Shown here: in pieces, positions 40,933-52,035 of the stretch
Layout: each line of letters begins with the position of its first letter
How positions within the stretch are numbered: position 1 is the stretch's first letter
Assembly (NCBI GenBank): GCA_963780515.1
Contig: CAWACG010000006.1
Coordinates: 8,054 to 72,053, forward strand
Source: an uncultured Acidobacteriaceae bacterium
GTDB taxonomy: Bacteria > Acidobacteriota > Terriglobia > Terriglobales > Acidobacteriaceae
Direction of reading: 5' to 3'
DNA: 64,000 nucleotides
Notes under the pieces: generated by a model
Database searches by the model: none
What the model was told of the DNA's origin: nothing
The model's input: only the letters and a program-made list of their open reading frames with translations
Translations under genes and position numbers: made by a program

Positions 40933-41085
40933 TTCGATATGATGGTAGCAGCGGCGGTTGAGGGTTGCTTTTCCGCATCGCAACGGGGGCTGCCAGTTGC
41001 CCTTCTTAGTTTGCGGAAGTAAGGTAGATGAATCCCTGGCCGCTCCTGCGCCGTTCTCGCGCTGGCCGCCGCACTGGAGGTATCC

Positions 41086-41394
41086 TTGACATCCCGCCTG
41101 CGCGAACTCATTCAACAACTCGGCGAGGCCATCCATGAGTCCGTCATTGAGAGCGAATCGATTGCCGGGGTCGTGCAGGACATAAGGCGCCACGGATTCG
41201 ACGTCCTGCTCATGCTTGAGGCCACCATCGGCCTCAATGAAGTCACCGCCAAGGATTCCGAAGACTCCGAAGCAGGCGCGGAAGAAGGTGCCGAGGGCGG
41301 TCCCTTCACCCCCAACGACCTCCACTTCCTCCGCTCTCTCCGCATCTCCGTCGAGGGAGAAGACGAAGAGACCGGCTCCACCCAGATCGAATAG
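41086..41394 (+). CDS. small acidic hypothetical protein
   Basis: TTG start after GGAGG; LMLEATIG and DLHFLRSLRISV segments. Confidence 0.75.
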   Translation: MTSRLRELIQQLGEAIHESVIESESIAGVVQDIRRHGFDVLLMLEATIGLNEVTAKDSEDSEAGAEEGAEGGPFTPNDLHFLRSLRISVEGEDEETGSTQIE

Positions 41395-41447
41395 TGCCTC
41401 GCGGCGCGCGTGGTCTCTTCCTTCATCGCACTAATATCGGCAATTGC

Positions 41448-43394
41448 ATGAAGAAACTTCCCCTGCCACTCGTGTTGTTTCTTCTCTGCGCCTGCATCCC
41501 GCTGCGCGCCCAGGAACCCGACACCCTTTTGCAAGCCGCGCCGCCCCCGGCTCTCGACACCGCCCATCCCTCCGACTGGATCATGGACATCAACCAGGGC
41601 TGGCTCGAGCACGACGGCGACAATCCCGCCTGGGCACAGCCCAACTTTGACGACAGTGCGTGGGAGCCAGTTGAACTCGCCGACCTCGGCCCCGCAGATC
41701 CCGGCTGGCAATGGTATCGCCTTCATCTCAAGTTGCCGCCCAATCGCCCCCAACTCGCGCTTCTCATCGAAGGCGGCGTCGGCGCCTACGCGCTCTACAT
41801 CAATGGAACCCAGATCCCCGGCCCGCGTTTGCTGTCGGCCTTCGGCGTCAATCGCCCCGTCGAGTTCACCGTGCCGATCAACATACCCGGCAACGAGCTT
41901 CAAATCTCCCTGCGCACGCACACCCCCATAAGCTACGCCGCCTGGCATTTCCCCTTGTTCATGACGGCTTCGCTGGGCACCACCGCGGCCATCGAAAACC
42001 AGCGCCAGTCCATGGAGAGCGACAGGCTCTACTCGCTGATCCCCGCCCTCGCCTTCAACCTGCTCTTCCTTCTCGCCGGCATCGGAGCCTGGTCGCTCCA
42101 TCGCAGCCAACCCAACCATTCCGAATATCAATGGCTCGGCATCTACCTGTTTCTCCTTGGAACCGCGGACGTGCTCTGGTACTCCCAGCAGGCCGGTCTC
42201 TTACCGCTGTCCGCCAATCTCCTCATCGCCGATCCGTTGCTGTTCATCATCACCGTCGCACAAATTCAGTTCACCTTCAGCTTCGGTGGCCAGCGTCTTG
42301 GCCGCATTTGGCGCGCCTACCGCGCCATTCTCCTCATCGCCCCGGTACTCACCTGGTTTACGTGGAGCGGCAAATTACCCACCTCGGCGTACATGGTGGT
42401 CGAGCCGCTTTTGATTGTTCCAGTCGCCGTGTTTCTCCCTATCCTGCTCTTCATCTGGTACCGGCGCGGAAATCGTGAGGCTGGCTGGCTCATCCTGCCC
42501 AGCCTCCTGCCCGCCGCCACCACCTCGCTCTACGACCTTGGCAGCGCGTCCATCTACTTTGGCTGGCAGCGCTTCGACTTCCTCGACAACCCCATCCAGT
42601 TCGGCCCCGTTTCCATCCAGCCCAATGACATCGGCAATTTCCTCTTCCTGCTCGCCATCGCTGTCGTCATGTTTTTTCGCTTCACCCGCGTCAGCCGCGA
42701 TCAGGCCCGCTCCGCCGCCGAGCTCGATGCCGCGCGCGAAATTCAGCAGCGTCTCGTGCCGTCATCTCTCCCCGATCTTCCCGGATACAAGCTCGCCGCA
42801 GCCTACCTGCCCGCGCAGGAAGTCGGCGGAGATTTCTACCAGGTTCTTGCGCAGCCCGACGGCTCCGCGCTCGTGGTTGTTGGCGACGTCAGCGGCAAAG
42901 GCCTCAAAGCCGCCATGACGGGAGCACTCGCCATTGGCGCGCTCCGCGCACTGGCCGACGACAATCTCCGCCCCGCCGCTTTGCTTGCCCGCCTCAATCG
43001 GCAGCTTCTCCAAACGCAGGACAGTGGCTTCGTCACCTGCATCTGCATCCGCATCGCACCGAACGGCGCCGTCACAATGGCCAATGCAGGCCACCTCTCG
43101 CCCTATCGCCACGGAGAAGAAGTCACGGCCGATGCCGGTCTTCCTCTCGGAATAGCCGCCGGCATCGAGTACTCCGAAACGCAATTCGTTCTTGCTCCCG
43201 GCGACACCCTCACCCTGCTCACCGACGGCGTTGTCGAGGCCCGCAACAAATCCGGCCAACTCTACGGCTTCGATCGCACCGCAGCACTCTCCACGCAATC
43301 CGCCGAAAAAGTATCGCTGGCCGCGCAGGCCTTCGGACAGGAAGACGACATCACCGTGCTCACCGTCGCCCGCACCGCCGCCGTTTCAACCTGA
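41448..43394 (+). CDS. PP2C/SpoIIE (RsbU-like) phosphatase with extracellular sugar-binding-like domain and multi-TM region
   Basis: GDNPAWAQPNFDDSAW N-terminal domain; VGGDFY, GDVSGKG, NAGH, TDGVVEA and DDIT motifs. Confidence 0.9.
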   Translation: MKKLPLPLVLFLLCACIPLRAQEPDTLLQAAPPPALDTAHPSDWIMDINQGWLEHDGDNPAWAQPNFDDSAWEPVELADLGPADPGWQWYRLHLKLPPNRPQLALLIEGGVGAYALYINGTQIPGPRLLSAFGVNRPVEFTVPINIPGNELQISLRTHTPISYAAWHFPLFMTASLGTTAAIENQRQSMESDRLYSLIPALAFNLLFLLAGIGAWSLHRSQPNHSEYQWLGIYLFLLGTADVLWYSQQAGLLPLSANLLIADPLLFIITVAQIQFTFSFGGQRLGRIWRAYRAILLIAPVLTWFTWSGKLPTSAYMVVEPLLIVPVAVFLPILLFIWYRRGNREAGWLILPSLLPAATTSLYDLGSASIYFGWQRFDFLDNPIQFGPVSIQPNDIGNFLFLLAIAVVMFFRFTRVSRDQARSAAELDAAREIQQRLVPSSLPDLPGYKLAAAYLPAQEVGGDFYQVLAQPDGSALVVVGDVSGKGLKAAMTGALAIGALRALADDNLRPAALLARLNRQLLQTQDSGFVTCICIRIAPNGAVTMANAGHLSPYRHGEEVTADAGLPLGIAAGIEYSETQFVLAPGDTLTLLTDGVVEARNKSGQLYGFDRTAALSTQSAEKVSLAAQAFGQEDDITVLTVARTAAVST

Positions 43395-43410
43395 GCGGCC
43401 AATTCAGATT

Positions 43411-43572
43411 TGTCATCCTGAGCGCAGAATCTGCTTTTCCTATCGCATCAATCCGCACGAAAATGGGTGCCCCATGTCTCGCTTCTGAGACATGGGAAAG
43501 CACATACCGTCCCCAACCTTTGTCATCCTGAGTCAAGGTCGCGCAGCGACCGCAGTCGAAGGATCTGCGGTT
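43411..43572. repeat. mosaic of REP-like elements (two TGTCATCCTGAG copies flanking a GGGTGCCCCATGTCTC / GAGACATGGGA palindrome)
   Basis: Copies at 43411, 43465-43497 and 43521-43572, between convergent genes. Confidence 0.75.
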
Positions 43573-43587
43573 GTCTCGTACAACCCC

Positions 43588-44683
43588 TCAGCTCCGCCAA
43601 TGCAACTCCACCGGCCCATCCATCGGATGCTTCGCCGCACCCTCCAGCCGCGCCTGCTTCAGCGCGAAATACCACTTCGCCGGTTTATCCGCATCGTCAA
43701 TCAGCATCAGGCTGGGATTGTGCTTCAAACCCTCCGCCTGCTGCACCATCGTTTCCTGGTCCTGCCGCACAAACTTCGCGCCAAAGAACTTCGCAATCGT
43801 CGTCACCAGCGGCACGTGATAAAAAACATTCCACGCCCCCACCACATCAATCCTGCATGTCGATGCGGTCACCGGCGTCACCGTGGTCAGGCTTGAAAAC
43901 CACTTGTCGCCACAGCGAATGATTTCCGTCCGCCGGTTCGGCAGCACAAAATCAATCGTCGTCTCCACCGGCTGCCCATACACGCCCAGCAGCTTGTAGG
44001 GCGCGGAGTTCCCGCTGGGCGCATGCGCGCTCATCCTGAACCCCTCCGGAATCGGCTCGAAGAGCTTTGTCTTTTCATGCAGGCTGGCTCGCGAACGCCA
44101 CCACCACGCCTGGTGCACAAACGGTCCATGCGCCGGATCCATCAGCCCGATAATCCCGTGGTCCACATTGCAGGGCAGATCGGCCGTCAGATGCGCCGTC
44201 CGGTAGCGCGTCCCAAACTTCGCCAACACCGGCACATGGCGTATCCACGCTCCCGCTCTTCTTGCCGCTCCCTGGGCCGGGAATAAACACCCAGGCGTGC
44301 CCATCCAGCTCTTCGCAGTTGAACGCCGTCGCATAAATGCGTGTCGCATCCAGATGGTCTTTTGACGTCAGCGAAGGAATCAGCTCGCACCGCCCGCTGC
44401 ACGGCTCAAACTCCCAGCCGTGATACCGGCACGTCACCCGCTGCCCGTCAAACCATCCCACGCTCAGCGGAATTCCCCGATGCGGGCAACTGTCGCGCAT
44501 CGCAAACACGCGCCCATCGCTGCGCCGCCCCAGCACCAGCGGAATCCCCAGCAGCATCGCCTTCGTCAGCTTGCCCTTGCGCAGCGTCTCCGTGCGCAGC
44601 GCCGGGTACCAGTCGTCGTAGATCAGCGTCGCGCTCGGCCCCTGAATCGGAACGCCCGCCTCTGTTGTGGTCACAAGCGGCAT
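43588..44683 (-). CDS. Rieske non-heme iron oxygenase, VanA-like (apparent frameshift ~44240)
   Basis: CPHRG...CRYHGW in ORF 44075..44683; MDPAHGPFVH and QD in ORF 43588..44349. Confidence 0.85.
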
Positions 44684-44978
44684 TTCGCCTCACCATAGCA
44701 TTGTTGCTCGGGCCCGTGCCAACAACTCTCAATCGAACAACCGTTTCCAGCCCCGCATCCCAACCAAAAACGATTCATCTCCGCCGCCCCGCCGTGTTCG
44801 ATTTCGGACATCCTGTGCGTCGACGAACACTGCAACCAACTAGACCCAAGCCGCCTCAGACCGCATCTCATTCCCTGTCATCCACTTAACGCCAACTGTG
44901 CTTTGGCGCACTGCATGCAGGCATCCATCACAAATACTCTTATTCCCCAAGAGCAAAGTTTCCAAGGGAGGCGTCCGC

Positions 44979-47415
44979 ATGGCTGGACTGCTCCAGGATG
45001 TTCGCTTTGCATTGCGTCAGCTCCGCAAGAGCCCCGGATTCGCCATCACCGCCGTCCTCATGCTGGCACTGGGAATCTGCGCCAACAGCACCGTCTTCAG
45101 TTGGATCAACGGCACCATGCTCCATCCCGTCCCCGGCGCGCGCAACACCGGCGATCTGGTCACCGTAATGCGCGGAACATGGAGCACTTCACCTTCACCG
45201 CCGCTCTCCTACCCCGACTACCGCGACCTGCGGGAGACGAACAGCAGCTTTACCGGCGTGCTGGCCTATCACCACGACTGGCTGGCACTGACCGATGGAA
45301 CCGAGATTCCCCAGCGCGTTTACGTGTCCAACGTCTCAGCAAACTACTTCGATGTGCTGGGTATTCAGCCCTTCATGGGCCGCTTCTTTCGCCCCAACGA
45401 AGAAGCAACGCAAAGCAGCATTCCCTATGTGATTCTCAGCTATTCTCTCTGGCAAACACGGTTTGACTCCGACCCCGAAATTGTCGGCAAATCCATCGAG
45501 ATTGCCCAACACGCCGTGACGGTGATCGGCGTTGCGCCGAAAGGGTTCATCGGTTGCATGCCCGGAATTCAAGAGGACATGTGGCTGACGCTGGACCCGA
45601 TGGGGAATTCAGGACGGATGCATTCGCGGGAGGATGCATGGCTGAACGTGATGGGGCGGCTGCGTCCCGGGGTGACCCGATCCGGCGCGACGCAGGACCT
45701 GGAAGGCCGGATGCGCCAGCTGGTGGCAGCGTATCCCAACGACCACCTGGGCGTGAACACCATCACGCTCGATCCTTTGTGGCGTGCGCCCTTTGGCGCC
45801 AATGGGTACATGGCGGCTTCGCTGCCGATTCTGCTGGCGATTGCGGGTGTCGTGCTGCTGCTCACCTGCGCCAACGTGGCCACACTGGCTCTGGTGCGCT
45901 TCGTCGCGCGGCGGCGCGATATCGCCATCCGCCAATCCCTCGGGGCCAACCAGTTCGCTTTGATGCGTCAGATGATTCTTGAAGGGCTCCTCGTCTCGCT
46001 CGCCGGCGGAGCGCTGGCGCTCCTTCTCACCTTCGTGGTCGGCAAAAATGTTTGCGCGCTTCATCCCGCCGAATTCAATCTCCATCGCGCTCAACGGCAT
46101 CGTTTGACAGCAACGTGATGGCGGCAATTCTCGTGCTGTCGGTGGTGGCCAGCGTATTGTGCGGGGCGCTGCCCGGCCTGGAGGTCATCGCACGTATCCC
46201 GCTTCTGAAGTACTGAAAGACGAGGCCGCCAGCGTCTCCGGCGGCGCGCATCATCGCCACTTGCTCAGCGGCCTTGTCGTCGCGCAGATTGCGCTATCGC
46301 TGGCGCTGCTGATTGCGGCAGGTCTGTTTCTGCGCACGCTTAGGAGCATCAGCGAGGCCAATCCTGGCTTCGAGCAATCCCATGTCCTCACAGCTTCAGT
46401 GGGGCTTGGCATCGCCGGATATTCCCAGGCCGACACGTTGGCGATCAGGCACCAGATTCTCGACCGGATTGCGGCGCTGCCTGGAATCTCCGCTGTTTCT
46501 TTGACCGACTGGGTGCCATTTAACTACAACCGCAAGACGGCGGATGCCTACCCCGAAGGCTACGTCCCGCAGCCCCACGAGTCGCTTGAAGTGCGGCGCG
46601 CAGAAGTCAGTTACGGATACTTCGCCACCCTTGGGATCCCACTGGTCGAGGGCCGCGACTTCACCCGGGATGACAATGAAACCGCGCCGCGCGTCGTGAT
46701 CCTGGATCAGACTGCGGCCAACCACTATTGGCCCCACCAGGATCCGATTGGCCGAAAGCTGAAAATCTGGGGCGACCCGTTCACCGTGGTGGGCGTGGTG
46801 AAAAACTCGAAGCATCAACGGATGAATGAACCTCTTGAGCCGATAATCTATCTCAGCTACTTCCAGGATTCCGACAGCGAGACCGTCATCCAGGTGCAAA
46901 CATCGGGCGATCCGGTGTCGGCAGTGCCCGCTCTGGAGCGCACTGTACATCAGATCAATTCCAGGATGCCGGTCTTCGACGTACGCCCGCTCTCCGAAAC
47001 GACGCAGATTTCTGCTCTTTTCCAGAGAATTGAAGCCACGTTCGCATCCGCCTTCGCGGTGCTCGCGCTCATCCTCGCCACCACCGGAATCTACGGCGTC
47101 GTCGCCTACCGCACCCAACTGCGCACCCAGGAAATCGGCATCCGCGTGGCCCTGGGAGCCTCGCGTTCCGACGTGCTGAAGCTTGTTCTGTTTCAGGGCT
47201 TGCGGCTCACCGCGGCTGGCCTTGCGCTCGGACTCGCCTTTTCTTTCGTGCTCACGCGCTTCCTGCGCGGCATGCTCTACGGAGTCTCCGCCAGCGATCC
47301 GTTCACCGCCGCATGCGTTACCGCGCTGCTCGCAGTCATTGCCGTCCTGGCCTGCTATCTGCCTGCGCTCAAGGCCATGCGCATCAATCCCGTCAACGCC
47401 ATTCGCGCCAAATAG
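44979..47415 (+). CDS. duplicated MacB/FtsX-type ABC permease, Acidobacterial ADOP type (about four apparent indels in 46030-46200)
   Basis: LLQDVRFALRQLRKSPGF, LLLTCANVA, LVVAQIALSLALL and GIYGVVAY...EIGIRVALGA motifs. Confidence 0.88.
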
Positions 47416-47446
47416 AAAGGCGGGCCCAAAGCAGGCCCGCCCTCTT
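47416..47446. terminator. probable bidirectional intrinsic terminator
   Basis: AAA-GGCGGGCC-loop-GGCCCGCC-CTCTT between convergent genes. Confidence 0.65.
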
Positions 47447-47457
47447 ATTGCTCGCTT

Positions 47458-48042
47458 TTACATGCTGCCGCGGCTGGCCGGGGGAATAATCCCGTTCATG
47501 CGCAGATACACCACCATCTGCCCGTAGTGATCCATCATGTGCGCAATGCCAAACGCCGCCATCCCGCCCCGCGTTCCGCTCGCCGTCATCACAAACGCAT
47601 TCTCCGGCGTGATGCCGTCCACAAACGCGTGCGCCTGCTTGAATGAGTCTTTCAGCGCCTGGACGATGTCAGCCTTCGTGGTGAGCTTGTCGATCGCATC
47701 GCCCTTGGCCTTCACGTCGGCTTCAGACATTCCGCCGCCAAAGAAGTAGTAGTTGGCCTGGGTCACATGCTTCACTTGCTGGGCAAAGGTGCGCACCCCT
47801 TTGAACTCGCCCGCGGTCTCCGCAGGCGCAAAGTTGAACTTGTCCTCCGGCATCGCTTCCGCGGCCGAAACAAATTCCTGCTCCATCCCGCTGAGCAGTT
47901 TTCCATAAGTCTCCGCGGGGGTCATTTGCCTGCCAACAGCCGGCTTGGCCGGTGCGGCAGCCTGTGAAAACGCGAGGGTGGAAGCAGCAGCCAGCAAACA
48001 ACAGCCCAGGATGCTGCCCGCAAAACGGGGGTATGTGCGCAT
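47458..48042 (-). CDS. secreted DinB-family protein
   Basis: AEAMPEDKFNFAP, RTFAQQVKH and HMMDHYGQMVVYLRMNGIIPP motifs. Confidence 0.88.
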   Translation of the reverse strand: MRTYPRFAGSILGCCLLAAASTLAFSQAAAPAKPAVGRQMTPAETYGKLLSGMEQEFVSAAEAMPEDKFNFAPAETAGEFKGVRTFAQQVKHVTQANYYFFGGGMSEADVKAKGDAIDKLTTKADIVQALKDSFKQAHAFVDGITPENAFVMTASGTRGGMAAFGIAHMMDHYGQMVVYLRMNGIIPPASRGSM

Positions 48043-48160
48043 TGAATCGATCCTCCAGCGGCATTCAGCCGCGTGAAGGCACTTTACCAGACAGACGCTG
48101 ATTGCTGACAGCATCGCGGCGTGAAAATCTCTTCTCCCCGGCCGCGACTCAACCCGCGCC

Positions 48161-49348
48161 TCATGCAACCGGTCCCAGTCTTCCGCCCCTCACTTGAAAC
48201 CGCTCCCCGCGCCACACAATCGTGTTCCCCGCAAATCCTGCCACCCAAATCCCCATCGCAACCACGTCGCGCAGCGGCAGCAGCCAAAGATTCGGCAGCA
48301 CCTCGTGATCGCCAAGCACCTCCGCGCCCACCATCATCGCCAGCGTCAGCCGCAGAAAGAAACTCAATCCCAGCAGCCAAAAACTCAGAGGGCTCAACCC
48401 GCTGGCCACCACGTTTACCAGCGCCCAGCCCAGCCCGTGCGTAAAGATGAGACCCGCATAGCCCCATGGCCGCGCGTCGCGCACCGTCCGCGCCCAGCGC
48501 AACTGGTGGTCGATGAATCCGCGCCATCCGTACGTGGCAATCGCAGTCTCCACCACCTCAGACGACAGCTCCACGCGATAGCCCGCCGCGGCCACGCGCG
48601 CGCCCAACTCGTAGTCATCCGCCAGATAGTCCGCCATCGGCATCAGACCGCCGATACGCTCCAGCGCCTCGCGCCGCACCGCCAGCGTGGAGCCGAGGCC
48701 ATAGCGCATTCCGCCTTCAATCATTTTCGATAGCAGCACTCCAGCAAGAAAATCCGTGGCGATCCCCAACGCCTCCAGCCGCGCCGCCAGCCCGCCGCGC
48801 GCGCGTCCGCGATACAGCGCCGTCACCAGCCCAACAGGCTGCGGGTCATGCGGCTGCGCAGTGGGATCCTGCCCGAACGAAGCCATCACCCGCTCCAGGT
48901 ACCGCGGTCCAACCGTGATGTCGGAATCGTTGATGAGCAGAAAATCGTACCGGCAATGCGGCACCAGCTGGGCCAGCGTGCTCACCTTGCCATTCGCCCC
49001 CAGCCGCGCGGGGCATTCAATCAGCCGGATCGCATGCTCGGGAAATTCGCGCTGCAACTGCTCCACCGCCGCAGCTGCAGCATCGGCGAATGACGAGACG
49101 CCGAACAGCATCTCGTACTCGCCCGCATAGGTCTGCCGGCAGTGGCTGCGGAATCCCTCAATCATCTGAGGGTCAAGGCCCTTCAGCGACTTCAATATGC
49201 TCACGCCGGGAGCAAAGGCGCCCAGGGGCTTGCGCCGTGCTCGAATGAAAACCCGCGCCGCCACCATCGCCGCCGCAAAGTAGCCCATCCCGGCCACGGC
49301 AAGCACCGTGGTCGCCACTTCCACGGCCAGGGCCAAAGCGTGCGGCAT
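48161..49348 (-). CDS. hpnI: hopanoid-associated GT2 glycosyltransferase (HpnI / ceramide glucosyltransferase-like)
   Basis: SILKSLKG, GANGKV, NDSD, LADDYELG and HQLRWART motifs. Confidence 0.82.
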   Translation of the reverse strand: MPHALALAVEVATTVLAVAGMGYFAAAMVAARVFIRARRKPLGAFAPGVSILKSLKGLDPQMIEGFRSHCRQTYAGEYEMLFGVSSFADAAAAAVEQLQREFPEHAIRLIECPARLGANGKVSTLAQLVPHCRYDFLLINDSDITVGPRYLERVMASFGQDPTAQPHDPQPVGLVTALYRGRARGGLAARLEALGIATDFLAGVLLSKMIEGGMRYGLGSTLAVRREALERIGGLMPMADYLADDYELGARVAAAGYRVELSSEVVETAIATYGWRGFIDHQLRWARTVRDARPWGYAGLIFTHGLGWALVNVVASGLSPLSFWLLGLSFFLRLTLAMMVGAEVLGDHEVLPNLWLLPLRDVVAMGIWVAGFAGNTIVWRGERFQVRGGRLGPVA

Positions 49349-49382
49349 CACAGCCGTTAGTGTAGCGAACAAGGGCGGTGTC

Positions 49383-49540
49383 CAGCTGTTAACTTTCAGC
49401 CTTCAGCTCTCAGCTTTTGCCTGGGGTGCTATGCGGTTTGTTGCGCTCGCTCTTGATTTGAACTTTCCAGCCGCTGCAGCCAGAAAGGCTCGCAGCTGCA
49501 CATTCAGAGCTGAGAACTGAAAGCTGAAAGCTGGCGGCTC
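49383..49540. repeat. inverted pair of 7-bp tandem arrays (TTTCAGC-like / GCTGAAA-like)
   Basis: CAGC/TAAC at 49383, 49390, 49397, 49404, 49411. GCTG-like at 49488, 49495, 49509, 49516, 49523, 49530, 49537. Confidence 0.8.
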
Positions 49541-49549
49541 GAGGCAGCC

Positions 49550-50806
49550 TCACTCGTACCGCAGCGCCTCAATCGGATCCATTGACGCCGCCTTCCATGC
49601 CGGATAAATCCCGAACATCAGCCCGATCATGCACGAAACGCCAAACGCGATTCCCACCCAGGTCGGCGAAAGTGCTGCATGAAGAAACGAGACCGCAAAA
49701 TGCAGAATCAGCGTAAACACAGCTCCGGCCAGGATCCCGATCAGGCCCCCCACCGCGCAAAGTGTCACCGCCTCAAGCGTGAATTGCAGAAGAATATTTT
49801 TCCTCGTTGCGCCAATTGCTTTGCGGATTCCGATCTCCCGCGTCCGTTCCGTCACTGAGACCAGCATGATATTCATCACGCCTACCCCGCCCACCATCAA
49901 CCCAACTGAAGACACAGCCACCATGAACGAAAAAAGTCCGATGGTCAGTGAGTTCCAAAGGCGTGTCAGCGAATCCGGGCCAAAGATCGCGAAGTTGTCG
50001 TCCTGTTGCGTGCGTACCCCTCGCCGCACACGCAGCAGTTCGCGCACTTCTTCAATCACCAACTGCTTGTTGGCCTGGCTGTCAAACTTCACCACGATCC
50101 AGTAATCCTTGATCTCCGGATGAATCTTGTGAAATGTCCCCAGCGGAAAGTACGCCGAGTTGTCCTGCGTGTTCCGTCCGCTTCCAAACGGTTGCGGCTG
50201 CTTGTCCAGCACCCCGATCACCGTGAACACATCTCCACCGCACTCCACATCTTTGCCCAGCGGAGACTCATTGGGAAACAGATCCTCCGCGGCGTCGTGG
50301 CCAAGGACAACCACATCGGCATTGCGTTCCTCCTCCGCTTCAGTCCAGATCCGTCCCTCCACCAGGTTGACATCCGTCGTCTCTTTCACTTCCGTCGTAT
50401 CGCCGTTGATAATTGTGTTCTGAATCTTGTGCGAACCCGCCTTCAGTGAAACGTTGCCGACTCCAAGCTGCCAATTCTGATACGTCAGCTCGGGGTCGAC
50501 CGCGACAACGTGAGGAAGGGCGCGCATCGCTAACGCATCCTCGTAAGTCAGCTTCTTGCGATTCAGTTCCTCGGTCGTCGGACGCTTCCCAAAGGGCTCA
50601 AACTGGAAGATCCACAAATCGTTCGTGCCCAATGTGCGAACGAAATCGGCGATGTTGGAATTGAGTCCGTTGATCGCCGATGAAATCAGGATCACCGTCG
50701 AGATGCCGATCGAGATTCCCAGAATGGTCAGGCCCGAGCGCAGCTTGTTCTTGCGCAGCGTGTCCAGCGCCAGCCGTATCGATTCCTTTGAATCGCTGAA
50801 TCGCAT
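49550..50806 (-). CDS. MacB/FtsX-family ABC permease
   Basis: NKLRSGLTILGI, VGGVGVMNIMLVSVTERTREIGIRKAIGA and DPIEALRYE motifs. Confidence 0.93.
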   Translation of the reverse strand: MRFSDSKESIRLALDTLRKNKLRSGLTILGISIGISTVILISSAINGLNSNIADFVRTLGTNDLWIFQFEPFGKRPTTEELNRKKLTYEDALAMRALPHVVAVDPELTYQNWQLGVGNVSLKAGSHKIQNTIINGDTTEVKETTDVNLVEGRIWTEAEEERNADVVVLGHDAAEDLFPNESPLGKDVECGGDVFTVIGVLDKQPQPFGSGRNTQDNSAYFPLGTFHKIHPEIKDYWIVVKFDSQANKQLVIEEVRELLRVRRGVRTQQDDNFAIFGPDSLTRLWNSLTIGLFSFMVAVSSVGLMVGGVGVMNIMLVSVTERTREIGIRKAIGATRKNILLQFTLEAVTLCAVGGLIGILAGAVFTLILHFAVSFLHAALSPTWVGIAFGVSCMIGLMFGIYPAWKAASMDPIEALRYE

Positions 50807-50808
50807 CG

Positions 50809-52035
50809 CTAAAGCTCCGCTCTCAGGGCGGTAATGGGATCGAGCTGCGCCGCCTTGTGCGCCGGATACACTCCAAAAAACAAGCCCACTGCGGTGGCTA
50901 CAAATAATGCGACCAGGATGGACCAGGGCGCAACCGATGAAGGAAAGGCAATCGCCAGAGTCACCGCCTTCGCTCCGCCCACGCCCAGAATCACCCCAAT
51001 CACACCGCCCAGAAGGGCCAGCACCGCCGACTCAATCAGGAACTGAAGCATGATGTCGTGCCGCCGCGCGCCCAGCGCTTTCCGCACCCCGATCTCGCGC
51101 GTCCGCTCCGTCACCGAGACCAGCATGATGTTCATGATCACGATGCCGCCAACCACCAGCGAAATGCTCGCGATCGATGCCACCACCGCTCCAAAGTTAT
51201 TCAGCACCTTGCCCAGCATATTCTGGAACGTCGCGCTCGTATCGATGACGAAGGAGTCCGGCTCATCCGGCTTCAGATGGCGGCGCGCGCGCATGAGCGT
51301 GCGCAGTTCGTCCTGCACGATCTCCATCTGCGCTCCGCCCCCGCCCGCGCCCACATAGATTTGCATGGATTGGTTCGAGCCGTGCGTCTCGAGATACGCG
51401 GTCAGCGGGATAGCCACCCAGTTGTCCATGCTCGAGCCGAACATCTTGCCCTGCGATTCGCCCACACCGATCACGGTGTAGGGAGCACCATCCACGCGAA
51501 TCTCCTTGCCCAGCGGATCGCCCGGGCCCAGCATGTTGTCCACAATGTCCGAGCCCACAATCGCGACGTGCGCGCTGTGCGTGTCCTCCACTTCAGTAAA
51601 CGAGCGCCCCTCCGCGATATTCAGGTTTGAGAGCGCAGGCATGGTCCACGTCCACCCGCGAATATCAGTGTCGGTGGTGGAATTCTTTCCATAGACGACG
51701 CTGCCCGTAGACTCGCGCCGCGCGCCAACAGATTCGCAGGACTTGCAATCGGAAACAATCGCTTTGTAATCGTCGAACGTGATGTCTTTCCGCTTCTGGA
51801 AGGCGAGATATTCGTCGATCGTGATGAATGTCTGCGGCATCTTGCTGATGGTCACCACGTCGGCACCATACGTGTCGATCTTCGAAGTCACAAAATTCTT
51901 CGCGCCATTGGTCAGAGTCACGACCAGAATCACCGACGCAACTCCGATCACCACCCCCAGAAGCGTGAGGATGCTGCGCATCTTGTTCCCCCAGAGGGAC
52001 TGCAGCGCGAGTCGAATGGCTTCAATCAGCGTCAT
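50809..52035 (-). CDS. MacB/FtsX-family ABC permease
   Basis: NKMRSILTLLGV and VGGIVIMNIMLVSVTERTREIGVRKALGA motifs. Confidence 0.93.
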   Translation of the reverse strand: MTLIEAIRLALQSLWGNKMRSILTLLGVVIGVASVILVVTLTNGAKNFVTSKIDTYGADVVTISKMPQTFITIDEYLAFQKRKDITFDDYKAIVSDCKSCESVGARRESTGSVVYGKNSTTDTDIRGWTWTMPALSNLNIAEGRSFTEVEDTHSAHVAIVGSDIVDNMLGPGDPLGKEIRVDGAPYTVIGVGESQGKMFGSSMDNWVAIPLTAYLETHGSNQSMQIYVGAGGGGAQMEIVQDELRTLMRARRHLKPDEPDSFVIDTSATFQNMLGKVLNNFGAVVASIASISLVVGGIVIMNIMLVSVTERTREIGVRKALGARRHDIMLQFLIESAVLALLGGVIGVILGVGGAKAVTLAIAFPSSVAPWSILVALFVATAVGLFFGVYPAHKAAQLDPITALRAEL

